The notes under the pieces: generated by a model
What the model was told of the DNA's origin: nothing
Seen by the model: the letters and a program-made list of their open reading frames with translations, nothing else
Database searches by the model: none
In this document: piece after piece, positions 48,598-57,577 of the stretch
Numbering within the stretch: position 1 is the first letter of the stretch
How the letters are laid out: every line of letters begins with the position of its first letter
Position numbers and translations under genes: made by a program
From: Planctomycetota bacterium
GTDB lineage: Bacteria; Planctomycetota; SZUA-567; H5-PLA8
Direction of reading: 5' to 3'
NCBI GenBank assembly: GCA_038227875.1
Contig: JBBRPR010000011.1
Coordinates: 64,001 to 128,000 of the forward strand
DNA length: 64,000 bases

Positions 48598-49917
48598 ATG
48601 GCAGAAGAGAACCGCACCAGCGTCGTTGAAGAAGTAGGCGCCAAGTCCGCCTTGGATCTGCCGGCGATTCTGCGCCTGCGCACCGCGGCACGAAACAGCG
48701 CTGCCGAACACCGCACGCTGCAGAGCCGCTTGAGCGCGCTTGAAAACGAAAACATCAGCAAAGAAGAAAAGGGCCTCCGCTCGGCCGCTTACAATTGGAT
48801 TCTCGGCCGCCTTGAACAGGCCGAAGGCGCGGTGAAAGGCTTGCCCGCTCCCGTCATGCACCTCATCAAGGGCGGCATCGCGTATGATCGCGGCCAGTTC
48901 GACGCCGCTGTCAACGAACTGACGCAGGCGTACGAAGCCTCCGGCAACCTGATCAAGGTCGGCGCGGAACTCGCCGGCGCTCTGCGCGCCGCGGGCAAAC
49001 CCGCCGATGCGCTGAAGCTGATCGAACGCTTGGAAAAGACCGCTGGCGAAGACACCGATGTCCTCCTGCAAAAGGGCTGGGCGCTGGAAGTCTCCGGGCA
49101 GCAGGAAGCCGCCTGCACCGCGTACGAACGCGCCGTGGAACTCGACGGCCAGAACGCGCAGGCCGCGTTCCGCCTCGCGTACTATCTGGATCTCCGCGGT
49201 GAGGACGGCCGCGCAATCGAGCTCTACAAGAAGGTCACCGGACAGGGCATCGCCTTCGTCAACGCCATGATCAACCTCGGCCTGCTGTACGAGGACAAGG
49301 ACGACATGGACGCAGCGATCGCGTGCTTCAAGGAAGCGATCAAGGCCGATCCGACTAACCGCCGCGCGACGCTGTATCTCCGCGACGCCGTCGAATCGCT
49401 CGATATGTACTACGACGAAGGCCAGCGCAAGGAATCCGATCGCCTGGAAGCCGTGCTGCGCATTCCCGTCAACGACTTCGAACTCTCCGTTCGCAGCCGC
49501 AACTGCCTGGCGAAGATGAACGTCAAGACGCTCGGCGACATGGTCCGCAAGACCGAAGCCGAACTGCTGGCGTACAAGAACTTCGGCGAGACCAGCCTGC
49601 GCGAAATAAAGCAGCTCCTGGAAAGCAAGGGCCTGCGTCTGGGCATGCACAAGGAAGAAGAACAGAAGCGCGCCCGCGCTCAACGTCTGCGCCTTGGCGG
49701 TCAGGAAAACGCCGTGCTGGCCAAGCCGATCATGGATCTGGAATTGTCCGTGCGGTCGCGGAAGTGCATGCAGCGCTTGAACATTGAGACCATCGGCGAC
49801 CTCTGTGAAAAGAGCGAAGCCGACCTGCTGGCCACGAAGAACTTCGGTCAGACCAGTCTCAACGAGATCAAGCAGAAGCTCGGCGAGATCAACCTGGCGC
49901 TGAAGCAGAACGACTGA
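48598..49917 (+). CDS. TPR protein with two RNA polymerase alpha C-terminal-domain copies
   Basis: TPR helices, then ELSVRSRNCL..KNFGETSLREIK and ELSVRSRKCM..KNFGQTSLNEIK. Confidence 0.92.
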   Translation: MAEENRTSVVEEVGAKSALDLPAILRLRTAARNSAAEHRTLQSRLSALENENISKEEKGLRSAAYNWILGRLEQAEGAVKGLPAPVMHLIKGGIAYDRGQFDAAVNELTQAYEASGNLIKVGAELAGALRAAGKPADALKLIERLEKTAGEDTDVLLQKGWALEVSGQQEAACTAYERAVELDGQNAQAAFRLAYYLDLRGEDGRAIELYKKVTGQGIAFVNAMINLGLLYEDKDDMDAAIACFKEAIKADPTNRRATLYLRDAVESLDMYYDEGQRKESDRLEAVLRIPVNDFELSVRSRNCLAKMNVKTLGDMVRKTEAELLAYKNFGETSLREIKQLLESKGLRLGMHKEEEQKRARAQRLRLGGQENAVLAKPIMDLELSVRSRKCMQRLNIETIGDLCEKSEADLLATKNFGQTSLNEIKQKLGEINLALKQND

Positions 49918-49950
49918 GGCGAATGCCGAAAACGGAATGTCGAATGTCGA

Positions 49951-49981
49951 AAAAACTCCCCGCGAAACGCGGGGAGTTTTT
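49951..49981. terminator. Bidirectional intrinsic terminator
   Basis: AAAAACTCCCCGCG-AAA-CGCGGGGAGTTTTT between convergent genes. Confidence 0.9.
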
Positions 49982-49997
49982 GTTGAATCGGTGAGTT

Positions 49998-50861
49998 CTA
50001 CGGCTTCAACGCCGCCAGCGCCGCAGCCTTCTTCTGCTTCTCCGTTTCGACCAACGTGTGCCGTTCGTCCTCCAGCCACTTCTGCCACGCAGCGATATCG
50101 TTCTTCGGCAGGTTCGGGTCGTCGGGCGCGACCTCACGGATCGTGGTGTAGTACGAGTCGCCGTCAATGTGCTGAATCTTCGTGTCGAGCACTACGCCCG
50201 TCAGAAATGTGCGCGTCACCGGTTTGTACACCGCGCCGGCGACGTCGTAATCGCCGACGTAACTGCGCTGCGTGCCTTGAAAGATGTGGTTGTGCGGGCC
50301 GGGGCCGCAGGACCACTTCCAGTGCTCGATGATCACTTCGAAAATGCGAGGGCCACCGAAAGCCTTCATCGCGGCGGCAGCGTTGTTGCGAATCTCCACG
50401 TCATCGTGATGTGCGACCGCTTCCAGCAGAGCCGGCGTGGCGTCGTCGTGGCGAGCGGTCAACGCGGTGCGCGCCAGTTCGCGAGTCTCGGCGTTCTTGT
50501 CGGCGCAGGCCGCGCGCGCGAGCGCCAACGTCGCGCGGTTTTCGGGATCGTCGCTCGATGTCACCGACACCAATTCACGCAGCGCGCGGCGGCGCGCTTC
50601 GCTCTGCTCGTCGTTTACGGCCAGTTCGCTCAGAATTCCGGCCCGTTGCGTGCCGGTCATCTCCGTCCACGATTTCAGCGCGGCGCTGTCACCCGCTACC
50701 ACTTTGCGAAAAACGTCGAGCTTCGCCTCACGCACGGCAAGCTTCGCGGCGTCCGGCGAAAAACCAATGCGCTCTTCTGGCGTCTCGGCAGAGAATACGC
50801 GAGCCGGCAACAGCAGTCCGGCGCTGACACAGAGCAAGGCGACGGATCGCGGCAGGGTCAT
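49998..50861 (-). CDS. Secreted HEAT-like protein, paralog B
   Basis: Signal peptide; homologous to the adjacent gene (GGPRIFEVIIEHWK, QRSYVGDYD). Confidence 0.8.
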   Translation of the reverse strand: MTLPRSVALLCVSAGLLLPARVFSAETPEERIGFSPDAAKLAVREAKLDVFRKVVAGDSAALKSWTEMTGTQRAGILSELAVNDEQSEARRRALRELVSVTSSDDPENRATLALARAACADKNAETRELARTALTARHDDATPALLEAVAHHDDVEIRNNAAAAMKAFGGPRIFEVIIEHWKWSCGPGPHNHIFQGTQRSYVGDYDVAGAVYKPVTRTFLTGVVLDTKIQHIDGDSYYTTIREVAPDDPNLPKNDIAAWQKWLEDERHTLVETEKQKKAAALAALKP

Positions 50862-50877
50862 CGAACGCCTCCCTCTA

Positions 50878-51789
50878 TTATTCGTCGCGCACAGCAGCAA
50901 GCGCTTCGCGTGCGGCGCCGCGCTTTTTCTCGGCGTCAGCGGCGAGCTTCTCGCGGTCCTTGTCGACCCACTTCTGCCACGCGGCCGGGTTCTCGGGAAG
51001 CTTCACGTCGTCGGGCGCGATCTCGCGGATCGTTTTGTACCAGATGTCGCCTTCGACCTTCAGGCTCTTCACATCCAGGCAGATACCCGTGAGGAACGTG
51101 CGTACCGTCGGGTCGTACGAATCGCCGTTGATGTCGTAGTCCGAAACGTACGACCGCTGCTGACCGATGAAGACAAAGCCGCGGTTGCCTTCGCCCCAGA
51201 ATTCTTTCCAGTGTTCTATGATCACTTCAAACACACGCGGTCCGCCGATGGCCTTCAGCGCAGCCGCGGCGTTATCCCGCACGAGCACATTGCCGCCGCA
51301 CAGCGCGGGCACAAGCAGCTTCGGCGTGCGATCATCCTGGCGCATCGCCAATCCCGCGCGGGCCAGCGCGCGGAGCGCTCCGTCCTTCTCCGCAACAGCG
51401 ACCTGCGCCAGCGCCGTCAGCGCCTTGCCATCAGGGTCTTCGCTGGGTGAAAGCGTCGAGAGATCCTTGATCGCATGCGTGCGCGCGGGGCTTTCGCCGG
51501 AACTCTTCGCCAGATCGGCAAGCACTTCGGTGCGGTCGGCAGTCTTCAGCGCCGACCACGTTTTTTTCGCGGCCGAATTCCCAGCCAGCGTGCCCCGATA
51601 GACCTCCAGCTTTTCGTCGTGATCGTTTTTCTTCGCGGCGTCCTTGGAGTATGCGATGCGCAAGTCGTCGGCATCATCCTTGGCCGCCACGTTCACTGGC
51701 GCGGGATTGCCACCCACGTCCACACCCATCCCGAACGCTGAAGCGCAAAGAATTGGTCCCGAGGCCATCAGCGCTAATTTCAGATTCAT
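50878..51789 (-). CDS. Secreted HEAT-like protein, paralog A
   Basis: Signal peptide; VRDNAAAALKAIGGPRVFEVIIEHWK, QRSYVSDYD. Confidence 0.8.
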   Translation of the reverse strand: MNLKLALMASGPILCASAFGMGVDVGGNPAPVNVAAKDDADDLRIAYSKDAAKKNDHDEKLEVYRGTLAGNSAAKKTWSALKTADRTEVLADLAKSSGESPARTHAIKDLSTLSPSEDPDGKALTALAQVAVAEKDGALRALARAGLAMRQDDRTPKLLVPALCGGNVLVRDNAAAALKAIGGPRVFEVIIEHWKEFWGEGNRGFVFIGQQRSYVSDYDINGDSYDPTVRTFLTGICLDVKSLKVEGDIWYKTIREIAPDDVKLPENPAAWQKWVDKDREKLAADAEKKRGAAREALAAVRDE

Positions 51790-51965
51790 GATCGCGGCTC
51801 CCGGAATCACAACCATTCACCATCGCAATGTTAACGAAAATTCAACATTTGCGTTACAAGAAAAGGCTTCGATAATGCAACACCCTTGTCTTCTACGGCG
51901 CAACAGGGCGTCCGGTATGACGGGCTTAGGGCGATTTTACTGCTGAAAAAAGGATGCTACTTCAC

Positions 51966-52637
51966 ATGGCAAAGAAAGCACTGATCGTCTGGGGCGGCTG
52001 GGATGGCCACGAACCCGAAAAAGTCGCCGCCATTTTCAAGAATGTCCTTTCCGAGAAGAAATTCGAGGTCGAAGTTTCCAACACGCTCGACTCCTTTAAC
52101 GACAAGGCCAAACTCGCCGCGCTCGATCTGATCGTCCCGGTTTGGACGATGGGCAAGATCAGTGGCGAACAGTGCGGCAACGTCTGCGAAGCGGTGCGCA
52201 ACGGCGTAGGCATCGGTGGCGTGCACGGCGGCATGTGCGATTCGTTCCGCGAAGCGACTGAATGGCAGTTCATGACCGGCGGCCAGTGGGTCTCGCATCC
52301 GGGCAACGACGGCACGAAGTACAAAGTTCACATCACCGGCGAAAAGCATTTCATCACCGAGGGCCAGTCGGATTTCGATGTCTCGTCCGAACAGTATTAC
52401 ATGCACGTCGATCCGGCCGTGAAGGTCTTGGCGACGACGAAATTCCCTGTCGCCGACGGCCCGCACGTCCCCAACGGTGAATTCCAGATGCCGGTGACGT
52501 GGGTGAAGTACTACGGCAAAGGCAAAGTCTTCTACTGTTCGCTGGGCCACAAGGCCGACGTCGTCGCCATGCCGCCGGTGCTCAAGCAGTGCACACGCGG
52601 ACTGCTGTGGGCAGCGAATGCGGAAAATCTCGCGTAA
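51966..52637 (+). CDS. ThuA-like (class I GATase-like) protein
   Basis: ALIVWGGWDGHEP, GGQWVSHP, SEQYYMHVDP, YCSLGH. Confidence 0.92.
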   Translation: MAKKALIVWGGWDGHEPEKVAAIFKNVLSEKKFEVEVSNTLDSFNDKAKLAALDLIVPVWTMGKISGEQCGNVCEAVRNGVGIGGVHGGMCDSFREATEWQFMTGGQWVSHPGNDGTKYKVHITGEKHFITEGQSDFDVSSEQYYMHVDPAVKVLATTKFPVADGPHVPNGEFQMPVTWVKYYGKGKVFYCSLGHKADVVAMPPVLKQCTRGLLWAANAENLA

Positions 52638-52656
52638 TTTATAAGAATCAAAGTTG

Positions 52657-52728
52657 GCAGAAGGCAGTGGCAGTAAGCAGTCCTGAAATTGCAACAGTCA
52701 AGGACTGCCTACTGCTGCTGCCTTCTGC
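52657..52728. repeat. Long imperfect inverted repeat built of GGCAG(T) units
   Basis: GCAGAAGGCAGTGGCAGTAAGCAGTCCT ... AGGACTGCCTACTGCTGCTGCCTTCTGC. Confidence 0.75.
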
Positions 52729-52753
52729 TTTCTCCGTTCTGGGCACCTTCCCC

Positions 52754-53479
52754 ATGGCCAAATTTTACAGCATCGGCCGCGCCGCCATTTCCTCGAATGT
52801 CTTTCACAACCATTCGACCTGGGAAATTTCTGTCTACACGGCCGGCTCCGGCGTGGCGACGGTGGGCGAGCAGGTAATTCCCTTCAAGGCCGGCACGATC
52901 ATCTGTTATCCGCCGATCATCCCGCACAAAGAAGATTCACAGCGCGGCTACACCGAATTTTACATCCACACCAATGAACTGAAACTCGGCAGCGAAACCG
53001 TCCCCGTCTTCACCGACACACCGCATCACACCTTCGCGCGCGTTGCCGCGATGCTTCATGAAGAATACCACTTAAAGGAGCCCGGCTGGGAAGCGGCAAC
53101 GCAGGATCTTTTTGCGCTGCTGATTTTCTATCTCAACCGCTGGCGCAAGTCCCCTGTCCCGCACCCGCTGGTGGAAGAGCTCAAGCGCACACTGGTCGAA
53201 CATTTTCACGATCCGGAATTCAAAGTCGGCACAGCGCTGGATGCGCTGCCCCTGTCACGCGACCATTTGCGTGAGCGCTTCGAACTGGCGACTGGAAAGA
53301 CGCCGCTGCAGTACCTCACCGAACTGCGCATCAGCGAAGCGAAGCATCTGCTGCGCCGCGGCTTTTCGATCAAGGAAGCCGGCTCTCGCGTCGGCTATCC
53401 TGATCCGTACTACTTCTCGCGCATCTTCCTGAAAACCGCGGGGGTGAGGCCAAGCCTGTATTCGAGAGGCGGACAATGA
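52754..53479 (+). CDS. AraC-family transcriptional regulator
   Basis: Cupin HNHSTWEI; HTH YLTELRISEAKHLL, GYPDPYYFSRIF..GVRPSLY. Confidence 0.95.
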   Translation: MAKFYSIGRAAISSNVFHNHSTWEISVYTAGSGVATVGEQVIPFKAGTIICYPPIIPHKEDSQRGYTEFYIHTNELKLGSETVPVFTDTPHHTFARVAAMLHEEYHLKEPGWEAATQDLFALLIFYLNRWRKSPVPHPLVEELKRTLVEHFHDPEFKVGTALDALPLSRDHLRERFELATGKTPLQYLTELRISEAKHLLRRGFSIKEAGSRVGYPDPYYFSRIFLKTAGVRPSLYSRGGQ

Positions 53480-53543
53480 CAGAAAATTTTGAATTGGCAG
53501 ACGTAATTCAAAATTATGAATTCAAAATTAAAAATTACTCCTC

Positions 53544-54317
53544 TCACGCTAGCCACAACCCGCCATTGATCTCAATCACTTCGCCCGTAATGAACGACGC
53601 GCCCTTGCTGCACAAAAAGACAACGGCCGCGCCGTGGTCTTCAGCCTGCCCGAGCCGTTTGAGCGGCGTGGTTTGTGCTATGGTCGTGAGTCCTTCGGGG
53701 GTGCTGAAGCGTTTGTGGAAATCCGTATGCGCCACGCCCGGCGAAATCGCGTTGACGCGGATCTCCGGCGCCAGTTCCTTGGCCAGTCCGCGCGTCATTG
53801 TGTGGATCATCGCCTTGGTGCCGCCGTAAACCGTCGCGCCGTTGTTGCCGCCGTTGTGAGCCGCGACGGAGCTCAAATTCACAATGCTCGGGCTCTTCCC
53901 TTCGCGCAACAGCGGCAGCGCTTCGCGGATTGTGTACACGGCGCTGTGAACGTTAACGTGCAGGACTTGTTCGAGCAGCTCGTCCGTGAAGTCTGCAATT
54001 TTTGAGCGCTTCACCAGATCGCCGGCGTTGTTGACCAGGATATCAAGCCCCGACCAATGCGTCCGCACCGCCGCGAAAAAACGCTTCACGTCCTCGCTCT
54101 TGGTAAGATCCGCCTGTTCGGCAAACGCCTTCCCGCCAGCTTTCTGAATCTCCGCGACCGTTTCCAGCGCGCCGTCCTTGCTTGAATGATAGTGAACGAG
54201 CACTTCCGCCCCGGCCCCCGCCAGCGCCACCGCGATCGCGCGCCCAATCCCGCGCCCCGCGCCCGTGACCAAGGCTCGCCGTCCTTCGAGCGAAAAGTTA
54301 TCCGTCAGGTAAGACAT
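53544..54317 (-). CDS. SDR-family oxidoreductase
   Basis: TGAGRGIG, NNAG, YGGTK. Confidence 0.95.
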   Translation of the reverse strand: MSYLTDNFSLEGRRALVTGAGRGIGRAIAVALAGAGAEVLVHYHSSKDGALETVAEIQKAGGKAFAEQADLTKSEDVKRFFAAVRTHWSGLDILVNNAGDLVKRSKIADFTDELLEQVLHVNVHSAVYTIREALPLLREGKSPSIVNLSSVAAHNGGNNGATVYGGTKAMIHTMTRGLAKELAPEIRVNAISPGVAHTDFHKRFSTPEGLTTIAQTTPLKRLGQAEDHGAAVVFLCSKGASFITGEVIEINGGLWLA

Positions 54318-54328
54318 GCTTGCTCCTT

Positions 54329-55522
54329 TCACTTTCCGCCGGTCACGATCTCCCACTGCCTGGCCGCGTAGCGATCGGTCATGCCCGCGACATAATCGCA
54401 GATCACACGGTCGAGTGAATCGGCGTGGCGGTCGAGTCGCGTGCGTTCCTCTTCGGGAAGTTGCTTGGGATCAGCGCGGTAGGCAGCGAAGAGCGTCTTC
54501 AGGCGGTTCTGCCAGAGCTGCGTCTTCTCTTTTACGCGCGGGTTGAGGTAGAAATTGTCCATCAGAAACGCTTCGAGCGCCAGCTTCTGCGGCGCGATCT
54601 CGGGAGAAAAGCCGACGAGTTCATCGCGGCACTGCCGGGCTTCCTCAACCGATGAAATCTTTGCCGCGGCCAGACGCGCTTGTGTCTCCATGCGCAGGTC
54701 GCTGACCAGCGTCGAGATCAGCCGGCGCACGACGGCCCGCCAGCGCAGACGGCGGTCGGTTTTCAATACCTCGTATTCCTTGACCACTTCCTCTTCCGCG
54801 CGGCGCCAGAGCGGAACGGCGCGGACGTGATTTTCGTCCAGCGTCTCAGAGACCAGGCCGTCGTCGAGGTCGTGCGTATCATACGCGATTTCATCAGCGT
54901 GGCCGACGAGCTGAACTTCGAGCGTCGGCATCTCGTTGGCGGCAAAGCCGAGCATCGAACGCGGACGGCCGGGCCGGCTGTTAAGCTCGCCGCCGCTGCC
55001 ACGCGAGTCAGGACCGGGAAACGCTCCGTTGCCGGGGACGTAATTCTTGACGTACCCTTCCCGCGTTTCGTAGGTCAAATTCAAACCCGGAAAGCGCGCG
55101 TAACGGAGCTCCAGAAAATCGACTACGCGCAAGCCTTGAGCGTTATGGTCGAAGCCGCCTTCGGCGCGCATCTCGTCATTCAACGCGCTTTCGCCGGAAT
55201 GCCCGAACGGCCCGTGCCCTAAATCGTGCGCAAGCGCCAGGGCCTCGGTCAGGTCCTCGTTCAAGCTCAGCATCCGCGCGAGCGTGCGCGCGATCTGCGT
55301 GACTTCCAGGGTGTGCGTGAGCCGGTTGCGATAATAATCGCCTTCGACCACGCTGACGAACACTTGCGTTTTGTATTGCAGTCGGCGGAAAGCTGCGGAG
55401 TGGACGATGCGGTCGCGGTCGCGCTGATACAGCGACCGGAACTCTGTCTGGTGATCGGGATGCGCTCGGCCGCGTGACTGTGCTTCACGCATGGCGTATG
55501 GCGCGAGAGAATTTTCGCTCAT
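54329..55522 (-). CDS. dgt: Deoxyguanosinetriphosphate triphosphohydrolase (HD domain)
   Basis: RDRDRIVHSAAFRRLQYKTQVF, RLTHTLEV, HDLGHGPFGHSGE, DYVAGMTDRYA. Confidence 0.95.
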   Translation of the reverse strand: MSENSLAPYAMREAQSRGRAHPDHQTEFRSLYQRDRDRIVHSAAFRRLQYKTQVFVSVVEGDYYRNRLTHTLEVTQIARTLARMLSLNEDLTEALALAHDLGHGPFGHSGESALNDEMRAEGGFDHNAQGLRVVDFLELRYARFPGLNLTYETREGYVKNYVPGNGAFPGPDSRGSGGELNSRPGRPRSMLGFAANEMPTLEVQLVGHADEIAYDTHDLDDGLVSETLDENHVRAVPLWRRAEEEVVKEYEVLKTDRRLRWRAVVRRLISTLVSDLRMETQARLAAAKISSVEEARQCRDELVGFSPEIAPQKLALEAFLMDNFYLNPRVKEKTQLWQNRLKTLFAAYRADPKQLPEEERTRLDRHADSLDRVICDYVAGMTDRYAARQWEIVTGGK

Positions 55523-55592
55523 GAGTACGGATTACAACGGCGCGGAATCATTTTCAGATTCCGCGCCGTGACAATCCCATTGAACCTTGGGT

Positions 55593-55922
55593 TTACTTGG
55601 CGTGGCCTTCGATCCAGGTCTTGAGCTGCGTCTTGCTCTGAGCTCCGACGACCCGATCCACTTCCTGTCCGTCCTTGAACAGCACCAAGCAGGGAATCGA
55701 GCGGATGCCGAAGCGCGATGCGACGTCCGACGCCTCGTCCACGTCTACCTTGGCGATCTTGACCTTGCCGGCCATCTCGGTCGCAATCTCTTCCAGAGCA
55801 GGCGCAATCATGCGGCACGGGCCGCACCACGTCGCCCAGAAGTCCACCACGGAGACGCCTCGGTACTTTTCGATTTCGGATTCAAACGACCCATCATTTA
55901 CAGCGACAGTTGCAGCACCCAT
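55593..55922 (-). CDS. trxA: Thioredoxin
   Basis: DFWATWCGPC. Confidence 0.97.
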   Translation of the reverse strand: MGAATVAVNDGSFESEIEKYRGVSVVDFWATWCGPCRMIAPALEEIATEMAGKVKIAKVDVDEASDVASRFGIRSIPCLVLFKDGQEVDRVVGAQSKTQLKTWIEGHAK

Positions 55923-56091
55923 GACAATTTCCTCCAACAAGCGGGTTTACACACTACTAATGTATGCAATGTTCTGAGGTATTCCCGACCCAACCTACAG
56001 CATCTATGTGTGCGCGCAAGCACTAGCGGAGAACGACTCTTTCCAACTCCTGATAATCTTCATTTCGTATTCATTTTGGTATCCAATCGGG

Positions 56092-56107
56092 CGGCACGGG
56101 AAATGCA
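56092..56107 (+). promoter_or_regulatory. Candidate sigma54 (-24/-12) promoter
   Basis: CGGCAC-GGGAA-ATGCA with exact GG-N10-GC spacing, upstream of the AAGGAG site and ATG 56144. Confidence 0.45.
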
Positions 56108-56143
56108 AAGACTACCGTGTTGGCTTACTAAGGAGACTCTAAG

Positions 56144-57454
56144 ATGAAACTGAATTTCGGTCACTTAACCCTTGCAGGACTGCTTTTTACCGCACTGAGC
56201 GGCACCGCAGCGACGGTGCAGCTGAACAACGGCAGGATCGTGGATGGCGACGTGGTGCGCCAGGATCCGCTCATGATCTGGATGAATATTAACGGCGCCA
56301 CCTATGAACTTTCCCGGTCCGATGTCCTCTGGTTCTCCAGCGACAAGGTCAGTCATAGCATGTTGCGAAACGACGATGTGGTGGGCATCCCATACCGCCG
56401 AGAACCGATGCATATATCCGGTGCGGTCGTTGAAGCCGTTCCTGTGCAGTCGAAATCCGACGTTCGAACACCGAATTTGATCAACCCAAATCAGCGTGTC
56501 GCCGTGGAAGTTCCACTGCCGGCAACGGCTTCGCAGGTTCCTGCACCAATGATCCGCAATCCAAAGGATGAAATACCAATCAGCACCAACTATGTTGCCC
56601 CGTCTGCACCCGTCGCGGTTCCCGTTACGCCGGGCAAACCTGAAGTTCTGCCGCATCTCGGCACCTCATTGATTCCCACGACCGCAACCACCGTCCCCGT
56701 CACTGCACCGCGAACAGAAGCGGACATCAACCGGCTGCGCCGCGCTATTCCGCAGCTCAGCGATGCAGCGGATCCGGCCGATAATCGAGAAGCGTCGGAA
56801 GCGCTCCGCGCCTCAGGCGATACCGGATTGGCGATGCTGATCCAGGACGGCCTTTACAACTCCATCCCCAGTGTCCGTACGCATTCGGTGGAATTGCTGG
56901 CGACGTTGGGAGGCACGCGGGTTCTCAAACCGCTCATCGAAGCCTTCCATGCGGCGGCGGTGCCCACGATTCCCTCTTATCAAGTGGGATATGTCACCAC
57001 GCTGACCGGACAGATTTCACGCCTGACGGGTCAGGACTATTACTTCTACGCCCGCCGCACCGCGCGCGCGCCGGAAATCGCAGCGCAGATGGTCTCCTGG
57101 TGGAATGTGAACCTGAATCGCTTCCCGCAATTGGGTGAAGCGCCGATCGATCCGAACGCCCCGAACGCTGCGCAGCTGGTACGCCAGGCACGGACGTTGG
57201 TGCTGATCCATCGGGATTTCGGCGGCGCCAATTTGCCGCAGGAAGTCGCCCCCCAGTTGACCGTCGACGACGCTACGACCTTGTTGAATGGAGTAAACGG
57301 CATCCCGCGCGCCTCCGACAACAGCTTCACCGACCGCCTCAACACGGCGCAGGAACCGTCAGTGCCGAAGATTCCCGACGACGCACTCTCGGCTCCAGGC
57401 AAGTGGCGGGAAGAACAGCAGGCCGAACGACTGCGCGAAGAAAAAGCGCGCTAG
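56144..57454 (+). CDS. Secreted protein with small N-terminal beta domain, Pro/Thr linker and HEAT-like helices
   Basis: Signal peptide, VQLNNGRIVDG, VRTHSVELLATLGG. Confidence 0.7.
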   Translation: MKLNFGHLTLAGLLFTALSGTAATVQLNNGRIVDGDVVRQDPLMIWMNINGATYELSRSDVLWFSSDKVSHSMLRNDDVVGIPYRREPMHISGAVVEAVPVQSKSDVRTPNLINPNQRVAVEVPLPATASQVPAPMIRNPKDEIPISTNYVAPSAPVAVPVTPGKPEVLPHLGTSLIPTTATTVPVTAPRTEADINRLRRAIPQLSDAADPADNREASEALRASGDTGLAMLIQDGLYNSIPSVRTHSVELLATLGGTRVLKPLIEAFHAAAVPTIPSYQVGYVTTLTGQISRLTGQDYYFYARRTARAPEIAAQMVSWWNVNLNRFPQLGEAPIDPNAPNAAQLVRQARTLVLIHRDFGGANLPQEVAPQLTVDDATTLLNGVNGIPRASDNSFTDRLNTAQEPSVPKIPDDALSAPGKWREEQQAERLREEKAR

Positions 57455-57476
57455 TTCCGATTCCAATCTCAATGCT

Positions 57477-57510
57477 CGAAGCGACGGAGGAAACCGCCTC
57501 CGTCGCTTCG
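57477..57510. terminator. 14-bp perfect hairpin after the gene at 56144
   Basis: CGAAGCGACGGAGG-AAACCG-CCTCCGTCGCTTCG; no long U-tract. Confidence 0.55.
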
Positions 57511-57577
57511 TCACATGACTTGACATTCCTGCGGTAGAACAAAGACTGAATACTCCTCACTCCTCAGGAGCATCAGC

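Noticed and set aside
48571..50088. 505-aa antisense ORF over the TPR/alpha-CTD gene, and similar long shadows (2268-3383, 11676-12938, 14936-16492, 22514-24022, 25914-27446, 37364-38773)
   Set aside because: Typical stop-poor antisense frames of high-GC genes, with no recognisable motifs
52499..52753. N-terminal extension of the AraC ORF
   Set aside because: Overlaps the ThuA-like gene and reads through the inverted repeat; the cupin domain starts at 52754
54329..55522. dGTPase as an anti-phage defence gene
   Set aside because: Short housekeeping-type Dgt between trxA and an SDR, with no defence island context
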